DNA of 64,000 bases from an uncultured Vicinamibacterales bacterium. Its GTDB lineage: Bacteria > Acidobacteriota > Vicinamibacteria > Vicinamibacterales > UBA8438. The notes beneath the pieces were generated by a model. The model saw nothing but the letters and a program-made list of their open reading frames with translations. It made no database searches and had not been told where the DNA came from. Position 1 is the first letter of the stretch. Each line of letters opens with the position of its first letter. This document shows positions 61,172 to 64,000 of this stretch, piece by piece. The DNA lies in the NCBI GenBank assembly GCA_958295905.1, contig OY282382.1, positions 4,582,910 to 4,646,909 of the forward strand, in the 5' to 3' direction. The position numbers were made by a program, and so were the translations under genes.

Positions 61172-63400
61172 TCACCCGGACTCTCCCCGCAACACGCGAT
61201 ACAGGCGCTCGATCCGCTCGCGAAGCGCGTCGAGCATCTCTTCGACCGATGCGTCGGGATTCGGACGCAACGCGTCCAGCCCCGGATCGTCGACGGGAGC
61301 CGGCGCGCCGCGGGGACTCCGGCGGCTTCCCGGGCCGCTAGGCGGCGGGCCCGAGCGCGGCGGGCGCACCGGGGGGACCGGTGCGGGCGACACTTCCGCC
61401 GGAGCCGGGCGCGCGCCGGTGCCCGGCCCCGGGGAGGAGGCCGGCGGCGCGGTCACCGGCGCGGCCGGCGTCGCAGACGGGGTCGGCGGGGCCGGCGGCG
61501 CGGGGGCCGGCACGGGACCGCGGGAGGCGACGGCTTCCGCGTAGGCGGCGGCGAGCGCCGCGCGGTCGACGGGTCGGGTGTCGCGGCCGAAGTCGGCCCC
61601 CCAATGCACGACGTCGCCGATGCGCGCGCCCACGTCGAAGGCGTCGCCCGCCGGATGGCCGGCGCCGATCAACCCCGGGTCGGTGACGTAGTGACAGCCG
61701 GCGCAGGTGGCGGCCTGCACCTCCGGATCGCGCAGGTCCGTCAATCCCAGCGCCAACGCGCCGGCATAGCCGACGGTCTCGTGCGGTTCGAGGTAATCCG
61801 CCCCCGCCCCGTGGCAGCGCTGGCAGCCGACGCCGGCACGCACCTTCCGCGACGGCGCGGACACCGGCGTCCCGTGACACCACATGCAGATGCGGTCCCC
61901 CCGCGCCATGTCCGCGGCGGCCACCCCGTAGGCCTGCGCGATCTCCACGTGCCGGGGCTCGTTCGCGCGGAACGGCCTCGCGGCCGTCGAATGCGGATCG
62001 CTCCGCCACCACCGCTCCTGGGCGTTGTGGCAGCGCCCGCAAGGGACCTTCACGAAGCCGTGCGCGGGCGGGTCGCGCCACCGCGGGCGCGTGAGCGTCT
62101 CCGTCCGCGCCGGCACCGGGCGCGGCAGCGACGCCGCGACGGGCTCGGGAGCCGCGGCGGCCGGCCCGGCCGCGACCGGCGGCGGCGACGCGGCCGCGGG
62201 CCGCGGGGCCGCCCCGCCATCGCGCGGATCCGAGGCCGGGGGCGCCGCGCCGCCCGCCACGGCGTCCCCGCTCGCCGGCAGCGACACGGCCGGCAGGCCG
62301 GCAATCTCGGTAACCCGCGCCGGGGCCCCGGCGTCGGTGACCGCCGCGTCCCACAACGGGTCCAGCGCGGCCAGCCCGGCCCCGTCGATGGCGGCAATGA
62401 ACCGCCTCGTCGACGCCTGCATGAGGTCGGCGGCCCCGCGCAGCCGGGCGGGGTCGCCGATCGACACGTCGATCGCGTCCCACGCCGCGATGATCCCGCG
62501 CAGCGGGGCCACGTCCACGCGGTCGGCGATTTCGAGCAACTCGTCGACGGCGGCGCCCGCGCGGTCGCTCATCGCCAGGAAGTACAGCTCGTCCCGCCGC
62601 GTCGCCGCGGCCAGGCCCCGTACGGCGTACTCCAGGTCGAGCGCGCGGCCGACGACGTACATCTTCCGCTTCCAGTCCCGCGGCCGCTCGGCGTTGGTCC
62701 GCCCGTCGGCCGTCTTGTACGACTCCAGGAAGTTGTGCCGTATGCGGTCGCTCCAGGCCACGATCTCGAAGTCGCTACCGGTCGAGTGGCCGCCGCGGTT
62801 CACGAGGTCCTCGTTGGGCACGGTGTGGCATCCGAAACAATTGGCGGCGACGTCGTACAAATCCGAGGGACGCCGCATGCCGGCCGCCCGGCTGTCCGCA
62901 ATCCGCTGCGTCCGGTGCTCCGGGGTCTCGAGCCGCGCGGCCCTCTGGAAGTCCGCCTCGGCCACGCCGTAGTCGTTGTGCGTCGACACCCAGTCGCGCG
63001 CGGCTCCGTGGCACGACTCGCAGGTAACGCCGGCGCCGGCCCGCAGTTCGCCGCGCCGCAGCACCGGCGTGTAATGGCAGCTCAGACAGGCGGGGGTCGC
63101 CTCGTCCGTGCCGCGCTTGATCAGCCGCAGACCCAGGAGTCGATAGATCTCCTTGGCGCGGTCCCGCCGGTGCAGCGTGTCGAATCCGGCCGCGTGCGCC
63201 GTCGTCTCCCACACCTCGAACTCGGCCGCGTGGCACTCGCCGCACCGCTCGGGAAGCACGATGCGCTCGGCCGTCGCGGCGAGGGCGGCCCGGAGATCGA
63301 GGTGCGCCGCGCCGCCGGCGGGCGGTTGCGGCCAAGCGGAACCGGCCGCGAAGAGCAGGACGGACGCCGCGAGCGCGGCGATTCTCGTCATGACGGTCAT
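61172..63400 (-). CDS. octahaem c-type cytochrome with a Pro/Ala-rich linker and tail
   Basis: It has a signal peptide (MTVMTRIAALAASVLLFAAGSAWPQ). The eight CXXCH motifs are CGECH, CLSCH, CESCH, CFGCH, CGRCH, CMWCH, CQRCH and CAGCH. Confidence 0.85.
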   Translation of the reverse strand: MTVMTRIAALAASVLLFAAGSAWPQPPAGGAAHLDLRAALAATAERIVLPERCGECHAAEFEVWETTAHAAGFDTLHRRDRAKEIYRLLGLRLIKRGTDEATPACLSCHYTPVLRRGELRAGAGVTCESCHGAARDWVSTHNDYGVAEADFQRAARLETPEHRTQRIADSRAAGMRRPSDLYDVAANCFGCHTVPNEDLVNRGGHSTGSDFEIVAWSDRIRHNFLESYKTADGRTNAERPRDWKRKMYVVGRALDLEYAVRGLAAATRRDELYFLAMSDRAGAAVDELLEIADRVDVAPLRGIIAAWDAIDVSIGDPARLRGAADLMQASTRRFIAAIDGAGLAALDPLWDAAVTDAGAPARVTEIAGLPAVSLPASGDAVAGGAAPPASDPRDGGAAPRPAAASPPPVAAGPAAAAPEPVAASLPRPVPARTETLTRPRWRDPPAHGFVKVPCGRCHNAQERWWRSDPHSTAARPFRANEPRHVEIAQAYGVAAADMARGDRICMWCHGTPVSAPSRKVRAGVGCQRCHGAGADYLEPHETVGYAGALALGLTDLRDPEVQAATCAGCHYVTDPGLIGAGHPAGDAFDVGARIGDVVHWGADFGRDTRPVDRAALAAAYAEAVASRGPVPAPAPPAPPTPSATPAAPVTAPPASSPGPGTGARPAPAEVSPAPVPPVRPPRSGPPPSGPGSRRSPRGAPAPVDDPGLDALRPNPDASVEEMLDALRERIERLYRVLRGESG

Positions 63401-63412
63401 GCCTCCCGCCGC

Positions 63413-64000
63413 TCAGAACTTCACCACGAACTCGGCCCGGCCGCCGACGCGCCGGCGGCTCGCGCCCCCCGCGCCGTCGAGCATCGAGAGGCCTCGCAGG
63501 GTCTCGCGGGCGACGAAGGCGTCGAGCACGAGCACGCCGCGCCGGCCCACCGCCGCCTGGTAACGCACCCCGCCGGCGACCGCATGCGGTTCGCACACCA
63601 CCGACACGGTCGCGCACGCGGCCGTCGAGTATCGCGCGGCCCCCTCGAACAGCAGTTGCCGGCGCGTGCCGGCCAAGAACTTCTGGTGGCCGAACGCGCC
63701 GCCCGCCACGTCGCGGGCGGCCGGCGACAGCGCGCCCGCCCCCACGCCGGGCACGTCGCCGAGGCCCGAGCCGGCGAAGAGGATGCCGGCGCGGGCGAGC
63801 GGCCCCGGAACCAGCACGTCGAGGGCTGCGGGCCGGTACGCGCCGTGGGCGTAGAAGCCGGTGGCGTAGAAGAAGTCCTTTCCGCGGTGCGGCGTCCACG
63901 ACAGCTCGGAGAAGACCAGCGCGCCGCGGCTCATCGGATTGGCGATGCCGGCCGCCGCCGCCGCGGCGGCCGGCGCGTCGCCGAACGGCATCGAGGCGAC
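63413..64000 (-). CDS. outer-membrane beta-barrel (porin-like) protein, C-terminal part (gene runs off the right edge)
   Basis: It has alternating beta-strand character and a terminal ...GGRAEFVVKF*. The stop lies 12 nt upstream of the octahaem cytochrome start. Confidence 0.6.
   Translation of the reverse strand, partial: VASMPFGDAPAAAAAAAGIANPMSRGALVFSELSWTPHRGKDFFYATGFYAHGAYRPAALDVLVPGPLARAGILFAGSGLGDVPGVGAGALSPAARDVAGGAFGHQKFLAGTRRQLLFEGAARYSTAACATVSVVCEPHAVAGGVRYQAAVGRRGVLVLDAFVARETLRGLSMLDGAGGASRRRVGGRAEFVVKF

Overview
This is a very GC-rich bacterial chromosomal window from a diderm organism (beta-barrel proteins ending in F, Sec/Tat signals, many c-type haem motifs). I cannot assign a phylum from sequence alone. 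All family calls come from reading motifs by eye; no HMM or BLAST was run. I saw no rRNA, tRNA or CRISPR array.

(1) 1-17.3 kb is an accessory, defence-like island next to lexA. It holds a decayed SF2 helicase/PD-(D/E)xK nuclease gene. It also holds two diverged, oppositely oriented copies of a translationally coupled AlbA_2/Schlafen-HATPase + ParA-like ATPase cassette, and a PARIS/OLD-like ABC-ATPase + Toprim-like pair. IS630, IS1182 and MITE debris and a few periplasmic housekeeping genes lie between them. The AlbA_2+ParA cassette, found each time just downstream of a different NTPase-nuclease module, is my best candidate for an undescribed system.

(2) 17.5-35 kb holds PQQ dehydrogenase, PhoD, a DUF3365 protein, and a redox module (FAD oxidoreductase fused to a 2Fe-2S domain and a membrane domain, plus a 10-11-haem cytochrome). 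An IS21 element is nested inside a MITE here, and there are patches of gene remnants.

(3) 36-41 kb is a dmsABC-torD-like molybdoenzyme operon with repeat-expanded loops.

(4) 41.9-47.4 kb holds an intact IS1182-family element, a DUF4143 ATPase and duplicated promoter segments with tandem MITEs.

(5) 54.9-64 kb is a tight six-gene operon: porin, octahaem cytochrome, cNMP-domain/4Fe-4S protein, membrane protein, decahaem cytochrome and an FAD-oxidoreductase/FHA/FHA/ferredoxin-like protein. It is an unusual porin-cytochrome-type conduit with signalling domains, and it is paralogous to the module at 30-33.7 kb.

The window is saturated with a ~175-bp MITE family (TIRs plus 9-10 bp TSDs) and with intergenic tandem repeats. 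Many long ORFs in the supplied track are antisense shadow ORFs typical of high-GC DNA.
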